Positions 8,991 through 20,180 of a DNA stretch of 32,000 bases are shown in pieces. Each line of letters opens with the position of its first letter. The stretch's first letter is position 1. Made by a program: the position numbers and the translations under genes. Source of the stretch: Pseudidiomarina andamanensis (GTDB lineage Bacteria > Pseudomonadota > Gammaproteobacteria > Enterobacterales > Alteromonadaceae); NCBI RefSeq assembly GCF_009734345.1, contig NZ_CP032551.1:420001-452000 (forward strand), given 5' to 3'. The notes under the pieces are model-generated. The model did no database searches. It was not told the origin of the DNA and saw nothing but the letters and a program-made list of their open reading frames with translations.

Positions 8991-11204
8991 TTACTCCTGG
9001 TAAGGCGTGTCATTATTTGTTTGATCAGGGTGTTCGAGCATACTTTGAACTTGTTCTGCTGGAACAGGGCGCGCGAGGAAATAGCCCTGCGCGGATAAAC
9101 AATCACGCTGCAATAAAAAATCAATCTGTTGCTGTGTTTCTACACCCACCGCACAAATATGAATGCTTCGTTCATGGGCAAATTTTATCATGGTGTCGGC
9201 AATTAGCGCCTGCACTCTATTGTGAGGAATGTCACTCAGAAGTACCTGACTTATTTTAAGTAAATAAGGCGGACATATTTGCATGGCTTTCATGCTAGTG
9301 AAGTTTAAACCAGTACCATCAACCGTTAATTTCACGCCGATAGCTCTTAATTTTGCGAGTACGCCGTCTTTTTGACATGCATGGCTGCAGTACAAGTCTT
9401 CATGAATTTCTATGTACAAGTTTTCCGGCGGCACGTTATAGCGGCGTAGATTTGTCTGTAACAAGTCTGGAAATTCAGGTAAAGCTAATTGCTTACCCGA
9501 TAAATTGATGTGAATGGTCAATTGTGCGTGGTCATCCGCAAGCCATTGCCCATAATCATTGAGAACTTTTTTCAGTAGGTTGTCGGTGAGCGGCACAATC
9601 AAACCGGTGTCTTCAATGAGTGATAAAAACTCTTCCGGTAGCGCTAATTCGCCATCATCTTGGCGCCAACGCATAAGAGCTTCCAATCCTGTCACATCCT
9701 TCGAGCGCAGGTCAAAAATTGGTTGATAATGAACTTCGACGCGGTGTGCTTCAACGGCCTTATGCAATTGCTCTAACAAAAATTGACGTTTTGAGAGCTC
9801 GGACTGGTGTGAACGATTGTAAATATTGATGCCATGATAGTCCGATTTTTTCGCTTGGTTTAAAGCCGCATCGGTATGACGCAACAGATTATCGGCATCA
9901 AAATCGGCATCATTGGCGAAGGCAATTCCCATTGATGCCGACGCATAAACTTCATGACTGTTGATGTAAAACTCCGGTTTCACAATACGAACTAACTGAT
10001 CAGCAATTTCAGTTGCTTGTTGATCGGTTGTCACGCCTTCTTTCACCACTAAAAATTCATCGCCGCCAATACGAGCAATGAAATCAAATTTAACTGGGCA
10101 ACGTTGAATACGGTGGGCAAGACGGCGTAATAATTCATCACCAATTTTATGGCCAAGTGCATTATTAATTTCTTTAAAATGATCGACATTGAGTTGAATC
10201 GCGACCAGTTGCCCTTGTTTAATCGCTAACTCTGGAAGTCGCTCATGTAAATAGCGGAGGAGGGCGTTTCGATTCGGCACCTCGGTTAATGCATCATGCT
10301 CGGATAGATAAGCCAGCTGTTGTTCGACTTCGTCGCGTTTTTGCAACTGCTGCATTAATTCTGCATTGTTGGTTTTCAGTCGCTCATAACGCTGCTGCTG
10401 CAACTTCATACGAAATACCAACAGCATAAAGAAACCAGTTATGAACATGCCTAATAGCGGCACAATGTAGGAATTAATCACATGCATTTCTGAAAATTTT
10501 AATGGTGTTGGCCACACCATAAATTGCCATTGTTGGTTCGCAACGCGAATCGTAAAGTCAGTATTCCAGCTATTTTTGAATTGCTGCTCTCCACTGAAAG
10601 CGTAAATTAAATCGTTATTCTGTTTAACTTCAACTTGATATCCCTCAATGATGTGATGATGAATGGTGCTTTTCAGCAACTCGGGTACATCAATGACCAT
10701 TGCCACGTAATAACGTTGATCAACGTTGATAATTGGCAAGAATAATGCCAAATCGTGGGCGTTCAACGAGAGATTATGAGCAGGCATGAGGGTGGCTGTG
10801 TCAGTTGATTGTTGCAGTTTCATGACCTGTTCAGCGGTACCCTGATAACTATCGACAATAATCTGTTCTGCACCGTTTAAGAGCTCTTGATCAACGAAGT
10901 TTAGTTGTTCATCTAGAACGGTAATGTGTTGAACCGATTGATAGAAGGAGTTCACCGCCCGACGAAGCTGTGGGAGTTGTTGCGCTGGGCCGCTATCACT
11001 CATCTTTAATAGCTCGCCAGCAATTTCGCCTGCATAAAGTAAACGAATTAAGCTGCCGCGCACATTGCCCTCTAAGCTTTGTGCGTCGGCCCGCATGCGC
11101 TCTGCAATGCGTTTGTGATCGTATTGCTCGAGTATCAGAGCTGCAGCGATGGTTATTGACAGCCCTGTTACAGCGGTGATGATCAGAGAACGCCATTGCT
11201 TCAT
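8991..11204 (-). CDS. membrane sensor protein with GGDEF and EAL domains (c-di-GMP signalling)
   Basis: 737 aa. TM1 at about residues 6-25, a periplasmic domain of about 220 aa, TM2 at about residues 245-265, then a coiled-coil linker. GGDEF motif is intact (ARIGGDEFLVV). The EAL domain has EAL (GLEALMRW), but several other catalytic motifs are altered (see findings). Confidence 0.9.
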   Translation of the reverse strand: MKQWRSLIITAVTGLSITIAAALILEQYDHKRIAERMRADAQSLEGNVRGSLIRLLYAGEIAGELLKMSDSGPAQQLPQLRRAVNSFYQSVQHITVLDEQLNFVDQELLNGAEQIIVDSYQGTAEQVMKLQQSTDTATLMPAHNLSLNAHDLALFLPIINVDQRYYVAMVIDVPELLKSTIHHHIIEGYQVEVKQNNDLIYAFSGEQQFKNSWNTDFTIRVANQQWQFMVWPTPLKFSEMHVINSYIVPLLGMFITGFFMLLVFRMKLQQQRYERLKTNNAELMQQLQKRDEVEQQLAYLSEHDALTEVPNRNALLRYLHERLPELAIKQGQLVAIQLNVDHFKEINNALGHKIGDELLRRLAHRIQRCPVKFDFIARIGGDEFLVVKEGVTTDQQATEIADQLVRIVKPEFYINSHEVYASASMGIAFANDADFDADNLLRHTDAALNQAKKSDYHGINIYNRSHQSELSKRQFLLEQLHKAVEAHRVEVHYQPIFDLRSKDVTGLEALMRWRQDDGELALPEEFLSLIEDTGLIVPLTDNLLKKVLNDYGQWLADDHAQLTIHINLSGKQLALPEFPDLLQTNLRRYNVPPENLYIEIHEDLYCSHACQKDGVLAKLRAIGVKLTVDGTGLNFTSMKAMQICPPYLLKISQVLLSDIPHNRVQALIADTMIKFAHERSIHICAVGVETQQQIDFLLQRDCLSAQGYFLARPVPAEQVQSMLEHPDQTNNDTPYQE

Positions 11205-11240
11205 GCCGGAATTCCTATTGTTATTTTTATTGCCTAAGCT

Positions 11241-13184
11241 CTATGACTCAAGTTCGGGGCGATTACGGAACTGCTCTAATGCCTCGGGATTCGCTAAAGC
11301 ATCGGTATTTTTTACTGTTTCACCATGCACCACTTGGCGAACGGCTAGCTCTACGATCTTGCCACTAATGGTGCGCGGAATATCCGTCACTTGGGCAATC
11401 ACCGCAGGTACATGGCGAGGCGTTGCGTTGCGTCGAATAATCTGTCGAATCTCTTGTTGCAAGGCATCGTCAAGCGTTACGCCCTCACGTAAGCGTACAA
11501 ATAACACAACACGTTCGTCATCTTGCCAGCGTTGACCAATGGCAATGCTTTCTAGCACGCAATCAATTTTTTCAACTTGGCGGTAAATTTCCGCAGTACC
11601 AATACGCACGCCACCTGGATTGAGAACCGCGTCAGAGCGACCGTAGATGATCACGCCGTCGTTGGCGGTCACTTCAGCATAGTCACCATGCGCCCACGTA
11701 TTTTCAAAACGAGCAAAATAGGCATTAAAGTAACGTTGGCCATCGTTATCGTTCCAGAACCCTATCGGCATACAAGGGAAGCTATTACAGCATACTAGCT
11801 CGCCTTTTTCTTGCTCGACGGTTTTTCCATCATCATTGAATACTTGTACGTCTAGGCCAAGGCCTTTGCATTGCAGCTCGCCGCGATGTACTGGCAAAAT
11901 CGGGTTACCAAGCGCAAAACAAGAGACAATGTCGGTACCACCTGAAATTGATGATAAGCACAGGTTAGATTTAATGTCGCGATAAACAAAATCAAAGCTT
12001 TCAGGTGCCAGCACAGAACCAGTAGTTAGAATAGATCGCAATGCGTTCAAGTTATGCTTCGTGCGCGGCGTATACTCAGCTTTCTCAAGCGCAGAAAGAT
12101 ACTTGGCGCTCGTACCAAACACACTGATTTGCTCTTGCTCGGCAATATCCCAGAGCACAGCAGGGCCTGGATAAAATGGTGAACCGTCAAACAACACCAG
12201 TGTTGCACCTTGAGCAAGGCCGGAAACCAGCCAATTCCACATCATCCAGCCGCACGTGGTGAAATAGAAAAACACATCGTCGCGATCAATGTCCGTATGC
12301 AAGGCATGCTCTTTCATGTGTTGCAATAAGGTGCCACCAATACCGTGAACAATGCATTTTGGCACACCGGTGGTACCCGAACTAAACATGATGTATAGCG
12401 GCGCATTGAACGGCATACGCACAAATTCTAGCGTGGTTACCGAGCGGTCGAGATAGTCGTTCCAGGCTATCGAGCTAGCGTCATATTGATGCTCAAAACC
12501 TGCAAAATTAACGATAATTGTGGTTTCAACCGAGCTGAGTTCAGCACGAATGGCGTTTACTTTTTCGCTGATGTCGAGTTGCTTGCCGTTATAAAAGTAA
12601 CCGTCAACGGTAATAAAGAGTTTTGGCTCAATTTGGCCAAACCGATCGACCACACCTTGTACGCCAAAATCGGGGGAGCAACTTGACCAAATAGCGCCTA
12701 AGCTTGTGGTTGCCAACATTGCAATAATGGTTTCAATACAGTTTGGCATCATTGCTGCAACACGATCACCGGCAACAACGCCTTGTTGTTTGAAGGCTGC
12801 AGCTAATGCAGCGACCTCATGGCGCAATTCGGCGTAAGTTAATTGTTGTCGCGCGCCATTTTCGCCGCGAAAAACGAGGGCGATATGATCATCTTGATAC
12901 CGCAGAAGATTTTCTGCGAAATTTAGTTTTGCATAAGGAAACCATTGCGCACCAGGAATTTTGTCGCCGTCGATAAGCGTGCGCTCACCGGCATTGCCAA
13001 TCACATCAAAATAGTTCCAAATGCCACGCCAAAAAATTTCATGATGTTGAACAGACCAATCGTGAAGTTGGCTATATGTTTCTAGGTTAGTGCCGTGTTC
13101 GCGGTTCACGCTCTGCATGAAATCGGTCATGCGAGCGGCTGCAATTTGGTTTGCGTCAGGTTGCCACATGATTTTAGTTGTCAT
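11241..13184 (-). CDS. aacS: acetoacetyl-CoA synthetase (acetoacetate--CoA ligase)
   Basis: 647 aa AMP-forming ligase ([15 protein letters not shown]). N-terminus MWQPD...I....MTDFM is typical of acetoacetyl-CoA synthetases. ATGA start/stop overlap with the HMG-CoA lyase gene. Confidence 0.85.
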   Translation of the reverse strand: MTTKIMWQPDANQIAAARMTDFMQSVNREHGTNLETYSQLHDWSVQHHEIFWRGIWNYFDVIGNAGERTLIDGDKIPGAQWFPYAKLNFAENLLRYQDDHIALVFRGENGARQQLTYAELRHEVAALAAAFKQQGVVAGDRVAAMMPNCIETIIAMLATTSLGAIWSSCSPDFGVQGVVDRFGQIEPKLFITVDGYFYNGKQLDISEKVNAIRAELSSVETTIIVNFAGFEHQYDASSIAWNDYLDRSVTTLEFVRMPFNAPLYIMFSSGTTGVPKCIVHGIGGTLLQHMKEHALHTDIDRDDVFFYFTTCGWMMWNWLVSGLAQGATLVLFDGSPFYPGPAVLWDIAEQEQISVFGTSAKYLSALEKAEYTPRTKHNLNALRSILTTGSVLAPESFDFVYRDIKSNLCLSSISGGTDIVSCFALGNPILPVHRGELQCKGLGLDVQVFNDDGKTVEQEKGELVCCNSFPCMPIGFWNDNDGQRYFNAYFARFENTWAHGDYAEVTANDGVIIYGRSDAVLNPGGVRIGTAEIYRQVEKIDCVLESIAIGQRWQDDERVVLFVRLREGVTLDDALQQEIRQIIRRNATPRHVPAVIAQVTDIPRTISGKIVELAVRQVVHGETVKNTDALANPEALEQFRNRPELES

Positions 13185-14092
13185 TTTGTGTGTTCCTGTT
13201 TAGCTAATTCTGCGAGTGCAACATTTGAGCGCGGACCATGATTCAAGTGTTGGCAAATTGCCGCGCCAGCATGTACGAGTTGGTTGAGATCAACTCCCGT
13301 ATCAATCCCCATACCATGCAGCATGTACACCACATCTTCGGTCGCGACATTGCCGCTGGCCCCTTTGGCATAAGGACAGCCGCCAAGCCCAGCTACCGCG
13401 CTATCAAGCGTGGCAACCCCCATAGGTAAACAGCTGGCAATGTTCGCCAGCGCTTGGCCGTAGGTATTATGGAAGTGTAATGCGAGTTGTTGCATTGGCA
13501 CTTTATCTGCGACAGCGCTTAACATGCGCTGCGCATGGAGTGGGGTACCGACACCGATAGTGTCGCCAAGAGATATTTCATAACAGCCCATTTGCCAGAG
13601 TTTTTCGGCTACATACGCTACGTCGGTAAGACTGACCTCACCTTGATAAGGACAACCCAGCACACAGCTCACATAGCCGCGTACTTTCATATTTTGTGCT
13701 TGTGCCGCTTCGATTACCGGCGCGAAGCGTTCGAGACTTTCGGCAATGCTGCAATTGATATTTTTTTGGCTAAAGGCTTCTGATGCCGCACCAAATATGG
13801 CCACTTCATCGGCTCCAGCAGCGATAGCCGCTTCGAAGCCTTTTAAATTTGGCGTTAAAGCGGCGTAGGTGCGATTGTCGAGGCGTTCGATACCAGCAAA
13901 TACCGCGGCGCTGTCAGCCATTTGCGGTACCCATTTAGGGCTCACGAAGGCACCAGTCTCAATATACGACAAGCCAGCGCGCGCCAACGCATTCACGAGT
14001 TCAATTTTCGCCTCAACGGGCACTGCTTGCTCGTTTTGCAACCCATCACGTGGGCCAACTTCAACAATTTTCACCTGTTGCGGCAAACTCAT
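13181..14092 (-). CDS. liuE: hydroxymethylglutaryl-CoA lyase
   Basis: [15 protein letters not shown]...[13 protein letters not shown]...[24 protein letters not shown] are HMGL family signatures. It sits in the expected position in the liu cluster. Confidence 0.93.
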   Translation of the reverse strand: MSLPQQVKIVEVGPRDGLQNEQAVPVEAKIELVNALARAGLSYIETGAFVSPKWVPQMADSAAVFAGIERLDNRTYAALTPNLKGFEAAIAAGADEVAIFGAASEAFSQKNINCSIAESLERFAPVIEAAQAQNMKVRGYVSCVLGCPYQGEVSLTDVAYVAEKLWQMGCYEISLGDTIGVGTPLHAQRMLSAVADKVPMQQLALHFHNTYGQALANIASCLPMGVATLDSAVAGLGGCPYAKGASGNVATEDVVYMLHGMGIDTGVDLNQLVHAGAAICQHLNHGPRSNVALAELAKQEHTK

Positions 14093-14101
14093 GGGGTATC
14101 C

Positions 14102-16060
14102 TTATTCATCTTTCAAACTAATCAATTCAGCGCCATCACTGACAAGATCACCAGCTTGATAGAATACTTGGGCAATTTCACCGTCGCGTGGTGCACGAAT
14201 GGTATATTCCATCTTCATCGCTTCCATAATCACCAGTGCTTGGTCTGCAGTGACAGTATCGCCAGCTTTAACCATCACCTGAACGACTGTACCATTCATT
14301 GGTGCAGTGAGGCTGCCAGCTGCAGTCTCTTGCTCAAGTGTATCAGTGACATTATGGCGATTGAAACGCAAGCTCGCGTGCTCGGTCATCACGACAATAT
14401 CGTGCTCTGCACGTAAAATGTGGGCTTGGAAGCGGTGGCCATTCTTGCTAAAGAACCACTGCTCGCCAATACGATCAACTTGCCACGCGTCGTTGCTGTC
14501 AACTTGATACCAAGATTGCTTGCGCTCAACCAACTGAATATCGTGAATAGTGTCACCATATTGCAGGTTGAGGCCGAATTGCCGCGGTTGGTTTAAACGA
14601 AAACTATGTTGGGTAAACCATGGATTTTGGTTGCCCACTGATTTTTCATCAAAGCGTTCAGCCAAAGTTGCCATTACCGCATAGTCGTTCACCAAATGGC
14701 TTGTGTCTGGGAACAAGTCCGCTTCATATTTTTCAATAAAGCGAGTGGTTAATTCTGCTTGGCCAAATTTCTTGTGGCTGGCAATACGTCGTAAGAAATC
14801 AATATTGGTGCGTACACCAGCAACGCGATAGTCGTTTAGTGCTTGAATAAGTCGACGCAGCGCAACGGTGCGGTTCTCACCCCAAACAATGAGTTTGGCG
14901 ATCATTGGATCATAGTATGAGCTGACTTCATCGCCAGCGATAACGCCGCTATCGATGCGCACATAATCGTTACTTGCAGGTGGTTGCAGCACGTGCAGCG
15001 TTCCGGTGCTTGGCAAAAACTCATGATCGGGGTCTTCGGCATAAATTCGTGCTTCAAATGAATGGCCGTTCACTTCAATCTGATCTTGAGCTAGGGGCAG
15101 GGGTTCGCCACTAGCCACCATAAGTTGCCACGCAACCAAGTCTTGACCCGTCACCATTTCAGTGACTGGATGCTCCACTTGCAAACGCGTATTCATTTCC
15201 ATGAAGTAGAATTTGTTGTCAGTATCCAGTAAGAACTCAACGGTACCGGCGCCAACATAATCAATCGCTTGCGCAGCACGCACAGCGGCTTCGCCCATCG
15301 CTTGACGGGTATTGGTGCTCATGGATGGTGCTGGTGCTTCTTCAATGACCTTTTGATGGCGACGTTGTACCGAGCAGTCGCGCTCAGCTAGATAAACAGC
15401 GTTGCCGTGCTCATCACAAAATACTTGAATTTCGACATGGCGTGGGTTGCCGATGAATTTTTCCACGAGCATTTTGTCATTGCCAAACGAGGCTTGCGCT
15501 TCGCGTTTAGCTGAGCTCAAGGCTTCATCAAATTGTTTTGCGTTCTCGACCACGCGCATGCCTTTACCGCCACCACCATAAGCTGCCTTTAACAGCACTG
15601 GGTAACCAATTTTTTCGGCTTCGGTACGCAATTTTTCAGCGCTTTGCTCACTACCGTGATAGCCCGGCACCAGCGGTACGCCAGCTTCGCTCATAATTGC
15701 TTTGGCGGCGCTCTTCGAACCCATTGCAGCAATGGCACTGGTTGGTGGCCCAACAAAGATAATATTGTTGCTAGCACACGCGTCGGCAAAATCTTCGTTC
15801 TCTGATAAAAAGCCATAACCAGGGTGAATGGCATCGGCGCCGGTTTGCTTTGCGGCGGCAATAATTTTATCGATGACCAGATAACTCTCCGCACTTGGCG
15901 CGGCGCCAATATGAATACTCTCATCGGCTAACTGTACGTGTTGGGAGTGACGATCTGCATCAGAGTAAACCGCTACAGTACGCACACCCAGTTCTCTAGC
16001 CGTTTTGATAATGCGGCAAGCAATTTCGCCGCGGTTAGCAATTAGCAATTTTTGCAACAT
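14102..16060 (-). CDS. liuD: 3-methylcrotonyl-CoA carboxylase alpha (biotin carboxylase + BCCP) subunit
   Basis: Biotin carboxylase N-terminus (KLLIANRGEIACRIIKTARELG). C-terminal biotinyl-Lys motif EAMKME. Liu cluster context. Confidence 0.93.
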   Translation of the reverse strand: MLQKLLIANRGEIACRIIKTARELGVRTVAVYSDADRHSQHVQLADESIHIGAAPSAESYLVIDKIIAAAKQTGADAIHPGYGFLSENEDFADACASNNIIFVGPPTSAIAAMGSKSAAKAIMSEAGVPLVPGYHGSEQSAEKLRTEAEKIGYPVLLKAAYGGGGKGMRVVENAKQFDEALSSAKREAQASFGNDKMLVEKFIGNPRHVEIQVFCDEHGNAVYLAERDCSVQRRHQKVIEEAPAPSMSTNTRQAMGEAAVRAAQAIDYVGAGTVEFLLDTDNKFYFMEMNTRLQVEHPVTEMVTGQDLVAWQLMVASGEPLPLAQDQIEVNGHSFEARIYAEDPDHEFLPSTGTLHVLQPPASNDYVRIDSGVIAGDEVSSYYDPMIAKLIVWGENRTVALRRLIQALNDYRVAGVRTNIDFLRRIASHKKFGQAELTTRFIEKYEADLFPDTSHLVNDYAVMATLAERFDEKSVGNQNPWFTQHSFRLNQPRQFGLNLQYGDTIHDIQLVERKQSWYQVDSNDAWQVDRIGEQWFFSKNGHRFQAHILRAEHDIVVMTEHASLRFNRHNVTDTLEQETAAGSLTAPMNGTVVQVMVKAGDTVTADQALVIMEAMKMEYTIRAPRDGEIAQVFYQAGDLVSDGAELISLKDE

Positions 16061-16073
16061 TGCTGTTCCTTAA

Positions 16074-16859
16074 TTATTGAGTTGTTTTCCAGTTCGGCGC
16101 GCGCTTTTCTAAAAATGCACTGAGGCCTTCTTGGCCTTCTGCCGAAACCCGAATTTCTGCGATACGTTCAATGGTCACGCGTCGTGTATTTGCGTTGAGC
16201 GGCTGTTGATCGATATCTAATGCAAGCTGCTTGGCCGCGCTAACTGCCGCCGGACTGTTGGTAACCAAACTGTCAATTAATGGACGTACAGCAGTTTGTA
16301 GATCGTCAACGACTTCGTGTACCAAACCAATTTGGTGGGCTATTTCCGCACCAAAACGCTCAGCCGTAACCATATAACGACGTGATTGACGAGTGCCGAT
16401 GGCGCGCATGACGTATGGGCTGATGACAGCCGGAATCAAGCCGATTTTCACTTCGCTTAAGCAGAAGCTACTAGCAGGCGTTGCGAGCGCGATATCACAA
16501 CAGGCCGCTAAGCCAACGGCACCACCAAATGCTGCCCCTTGCACTAGGGCAATGGTGGGCTTTGGTAACTCGTCAAGCTCTTGCATAAGGCGTGATAGTT
16601 CACCCGCGTCAGCAATATTCTCATCGTAATTTTTAGCGGCCATGGAGCGCATCCAGCCTAAATCAGCGCCCGCTGAGAAGTTTTTGCCATTTGATTGCAG
16701 AACGAGGACGCGAACATTGTCATTGGCGCGAACGTCATCGAGAGCATGTAAAAGTTCGGCGATCATGCTGTCATCAAAGGCATTATGAACCTCTGGTCGA
16801 TTTAAAGTCAGATACGCCACGTGACCACTGATCGTGAGATCGATTGCTTGGTATGCCAT
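16074..16859 (-). CDS. liuC: methylglutaconyl-CoA hydratase (crotonase family)
   Basis: 261 aa enoyl-CoA hydratase fold (NGKNFSAGADLGWM). Located between the two MCC subunit genes, as in characterised liu clusters. Confidence 0.85.
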   Translation of the reverse strand: MAYQAIDLTISGHVAYLTLNRPEVHNAFDDSMIAELLHALDDVRANDNVRVLVLQSNGKNFSAGADLGWMRSMAAKNYDENIADAGELSRLMQELDELPKPTIALVQGAAFGGAVGLAACCDIALATPASSFCLSEVKIGLIPAVISPYVMRAIGTRQSRRYMVTAERFGAEIAHQIGLVHEVVDDLQTAVRPLIDSLVTNSPAAVSAAKQLALDIDQQPLNANTRRVTIERIAEIRVSAEGQEGLSAFLEKRAPNWKTTQ

Positions 16860-16868
16860 AACGCCTCC

Positions 16869-18476
16869 TTACATCCGGAATACGCCGAACTTGGTGTCGG
16901 CAATTGGTGCATTGTTGGCAGCGGCTAAGCTGAGCCCTAAAACAGTGCGTGTTTGCGCCGGATCGATAATGCCATCGTCCCATAGCCGTGCCGAAGCATA
17001 GTAGGGATGACCCTGTTTTTCGTAGGTATCGATAATCGGCTGTTTAAGCTTCTGCTCGTCTTCGGCGCTCATGGTTTCGCCTTTACGTGCCAAGTTATCT
17101 TTGGTGACTTGCGCCATAACGCCGGCAGCTTGCTCACCGCCCATCACAGAAATACGAGCGTTTGGCCACATGAACATTAAGGTTGGGTCGTAGGCGCGGC
17201 CACACATACCATAGTTACCTGCACCATAACTGCCACCAATGAGAACAGTGAACTTAGGTACTTGGGCACAGCTTACTGCGGTCACCATTTTGGCGCCGTG
17301 TTTTGCAATACCTTCAGCTTCGTACTTTTTACCAACCATGAAGCCGGTAATATTTTGCAAAAACACTAACGGAATTTTCCGTTGCGCGCACAGCTCAATG
17401 AAGTGCGCGCCTTTTTGTGCTGACTCTGAGAACAAAATACCGTTGTTGGCAACAATTCCGACCGGATAGCCGTGAATACGAGCAAAGCCAGTAACCAACG
17501 TATTACCGTAATTCTGTTTAAACTCGTCGAAATCAGAGTCATCAACAATGCGCGCAATCACTTCACGCACGTCGTATGGTTTACGTAAATCGGTACCCAC
17601 AATGCCGTATAGCTCTTTGGCATCGAAGCGAGGTTCTTTCACTTCGCTTGGCTGAACCGGTTCTGCACCGCGATAATTTAATCGAGCAACAGACCGACGC
17701 GCGAGCGCCAAAGCATGTTCATCATTCATTGCAAAATGATCGGCGACGCCAGACACGCGGGTGTGAACATCGGCACCGCCAAGCTCTTCCGCGCTTACTT
17801 CTTCACCTGTCGCCGCTTTAACTAACGGTGGCCCAGCTAAGAAAATGGTGCCTTGCTCTTTAACAATGATACTTTCATCTGCCATCGCCGGCACGTAGGC
17901 GCCACCTGCAGTACAAAGACCCATAACCACAGCAATCTGTGGAATGCCCTTCGCAGACATGTTGGCTTGGTTAAAGAAGATACGACCGAAGTGATCACGG
18001 TCTGGAAATACTTCGTCTTGGCGCGGCAAGTTTGCGCCACCTGAATCTACTAAATAGATACAGGGTAGGTGACAGCGCTCGGCTATTTCTTGCGCACGAA
18101 GGTGTTTTTTCACCGTCAACGGGTAGTAAGTACCACCTTTTACCGTCGCGTCGTTGGCAACAATCATACATTGCACACCTTCAACACGACCAATTCCGGC
18201 AACCACGCCCGCAGCAGGAACGTAATCTTCGTAACAATCCCACGCTGCAAATTGGCCAATTTCAAGAAATGGCGAACCGCTGTCGAGTAATTTTTCGATA
18301 CGTTGGCGCGCTAATAACTTACCGCGAGATAGATGGCGTTCTTGGTATTTCGGGCCGCCACCTTGTTTAATTTGTTCTGCTTTAGCAAATAAATCGTCAA
18401 CCACTTCTTGCATGGCTTGTTGATTCGCCAAAAACGTCTCGTCTTTTGGGTTCACTGTGCTGGTTAATACCGTCAC
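16869..18476 (-). CDS. liuB: 3-methylcrotonyl-CoA carboxylase beta (carboxyltransferase) subunit
   Basis: 535 aa carboxyltransferase, with an N-terminus typical of MCC beta subunits. Cluster context. Confidence 0.93.
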   Translation of the reverse strand: MTVLTSTVNPKDETFLANQQAMQEVVDDLFAKAEQIKQGGGPKYQERHLSRGKLLARQRIEKLLDSGSPFLEIGQFAAWDCYEDYVPAAGVVAGIGRVEGVQCMIVANDATVKGGTYYPLTVKKHLRAQEIAERCHLPCIYLVDSGGANLPRQDEVFPDRDHFGRIFFNQANMSAKGIPQIAVVMGLCTAGGAYVPAMADESIIVKEQGTIFLAGPPLVKAATGEEVSAEELGGADVHTRVSGVADHFAMNDEHALALARRSVARLNYRGAEPVQPSEVKEPRFDAKELYGIVGTDLRKPYDVREVIARIVDDSDFDEFKQNYGNTLVTGFARIHGYPVGIVANNGILFSESAQKGAHFIELCAQRKIPLVFLQNITGFMVGKKYEAEGIAKHGAKMVTAVSCAQVPKFTVLIGGSYGAGNYGMCGRAYDPTLMFMWPNARISVMGGEQAAGVMAQVTKDNLARKGETMSAEDEQKLKQPIIDTYEKQGHPYYASARLWDDGIIDPAQTRTVLGLSLAAANNAPIADTKFGVFRM

Positions 18477-18508
18477 GATTGCGACTCCTGATAATTAGTT
18501 GCGCAAAA

Positions 18509-19678
18509 TTAAGCTGATTCGCTGAATAGCTCGCGGCCAATCAACATACGACGAATCTCTGAGGTGCCGGCGCCAATTTCATACAATTTTGCGTCGCGCA
18601 ATAAGCGCCCGGTCGGATACTCGTTAATGTAACCGTTTCCGCCCAGTAATTGAATGGCATCAAGAGCCAATTGTGTCGCTAATTCAGCAGCATACAATAT
18701 GGCTCCAGCAGCATCTTTACGCGTAGTTTCACCGCGGTCGCATGACTGCGCAACGGCATAAACATAAGCACGAGCCGCGTTGGTACGGGTGTACATGTCT
18801 GCAACTTTCCCTTGCACTAATTGGAACTCCCCGATGGCTTTGCCGAATTGCTTGCGGTCGTGAACGTAGGGAACTACCACATCAAGACAAGCTTGCATGA
18901 TGCCGCATGGTCCTGCCGCAAGCACAGCGCGCTCATAATCGAGACCGCTCATTAGCACTTCAACACCGCAGTCGACTTCGCCTAGGACGTTTTCAGCAGG
19001 AACTTTGCAGTTTTCAAATACTAGTTCACAGGTATTCGAACCACGCATACCTAATTTATCCAGCTTCTGAGCGGTGCTAAAACCAGCAAAATCTTTTTCA
19101 ACAATAAACGCAGTAATACCGCGTGAGTTTTTATCAGGCGACGTTTTCGCATAAACCACAAGTACATCGGCATCAGGACCGTTGGTGATCCACATCTTAT
19201 TACCGTTAAGCACGTAGTGGTCGCCTTGCAGTTCAGCGCGTAGTTTCATGCTGACCACGTCAGAGCCCGCATTCGGTTCGCTCATTGCTAACGCACCAAC
19301 ATGCTCGCCACTGCATAATTTCGGTAGATATTTTTCTTTTTGTGCCTGATTACCGTTGCGGGCAATTTGGTTTACACAAAGATTTGAGTGTGCGCCGTAA
19401 CTTAATCCAACTGAAGCAGATGCGCGGCTGATCTCTTCCATCGCGACAACGTGTTCGAGGTAACCAAGACCAGAACCACCGAACTCTTCAGGAACCGTCA
19501 TACCGAGTAAGCCGAGGTCACCCATTTTGCGCCACAAATCAGCAGGGAATTCATTTTTCTCATCAATTTCCGCAGCACGTGGTGCAATTTCATCACGAGC
19601 AAAGGCATTGACTGATTCGCGAATCATTTCCGCGGTTTCACCAAGGCCGAAATTAAAGGTGGTGTACTGACTAATCAT
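18509..19678 (-). CDS. liuA: isovaleryl-CoA dehydrogenase
   Basis: 389 aa acyl-CoA dehydrogenase ([13 protein letters not shown]...[20 protein letters not shown]). It follows liuR after a 2-nt gap. Confidence 0.9.
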   Translation of the reverse strand: MISQYTTFNFGLGETAEMIRESVNAFARDEIAPRAAEIDEKNEFPADLWRKMGDLGLLGMTVPEEFGGSGLGYLEHVVAMEEISRASASVGLSYGAHSNLCVNQIARNGNQAQKEKYLPKLCSGEHVGALAMSEPNAGSDVVSMKLRAELQGDHYVLNGNKMWITNGPDADVLVVYAKTSPDKNSRGITAFIVEKDFAGFSTAQKLDKLGMRGSNTCELVFENCKVPAENVLGEVDCGVEVLMSGLDYERAVLAAGPCGIMQACLDVVVPYVHDRKQFGKAIGEFQLVQGKVADMYTRTNAARAYVYAVAQSCDRGETTRKDAAGAILYAAELATQLALDAIQLLGGNGYINEYPTGRLLRDAKLYEIGAGTSEIRRMLIGRELFSESA

Positions 19679-19680
19679 AA

Positions 19681-20106
19681 CTACTCCTGATTTGCTACTG
19701 CAGAACTTGTTGTCGATTGATCTGCTCCAATTTCAGCAAGTTCATCGCGACAACGATCTTCTAAGTTGGTGAGCTCTACTAAAAGAACCTTAATATCTTC
19801 AAGTTGTTGCTTGAGTGACATTTTCTTGTCATCAATCAACGCTAAAACGGTATGCAGCTGACGTGCGCTGCTATTTTCCATGTCATACAAGTCAAACAAA
19901 TTTTTGGTTTCTGCCAACGAGAACCCAAGCCGTTTACCCCGTAAAATAAGCTTCAAACGTACACGATCTTTATTCGTATAAAGCCGTGTTTGCCCCTGTC
20001 GCTTGGGCGATAGTAGGCCTTGGTCTTCGTAAAACCGGATGCTACGAGTGGTAATGTCGAATTCGCGGGCTAATTCGCCGATGCTGTAGATGGTTGTTGC
20101 GTTCAT
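19681..20106 (-). CDS. liuR: MerR-family transcriptional regulator of leucine/isovalerate catabolism
   Basis: 141 aa. MerR HTH ([26 protein letters not shown]) plus a coiled-coil dimerisation helix. First gene of the liu array. Confidence 0.88.
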   Translation of the reverse strand: MNATTIYSIGELAREFDITTRSIRFYEDQGLLSPKRQGQTRLYTNKDRVRLKLILRGKRLGFSLAETKNLFDLYDMENSSARQLHTVLALIDDKKMSLKQQLEDIKVLLVELTNLEDRCRDELAEIGADQSTTSSAVANQE

Positions 20107-20150
20107 TTTTGCTTGCTTGTCATGGTTGAGAGCGTTAAGCTTAAAACAAG

Positions 20151-20166
20151 TTGACGTTAACGTAAA
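20151..20166. promoter_or_regulatory. Candidate LiuR (MerR-type) operator, overlapping a putative liuR promoter
   Basis: Imperfect 16-bp palindrome TTGACGTTAACGTAAA, 45 nt upstream of the liuR ATG. On the minus strand TTTACG (-35-like, 20161-20166) is followed 17 nt later by TAAGCT (-10-like, 20138-20143). The assignment to LiuR is inferred from position and family habit. Confidence 0.55.
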
Positions 20167-20180
20167 GGTAAGAAAAGCCG

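Noticed and set aside
13922-14416. 164-aa plus-strand ORF, together with the many other 60-140 aa ORFs antisense to or out of frame within proS, etfD, the liu genes, mmsA, the acyl-CoA dehydrogenase and mmsB/SDR (e.g. 28410..28826, 25077..25367, 11149..11535)
   Set aside because: All are nested in or antisense to long ORFs with strong family signatures, and none has a recognisable domain or SD. They are treated as shadow ORFs.
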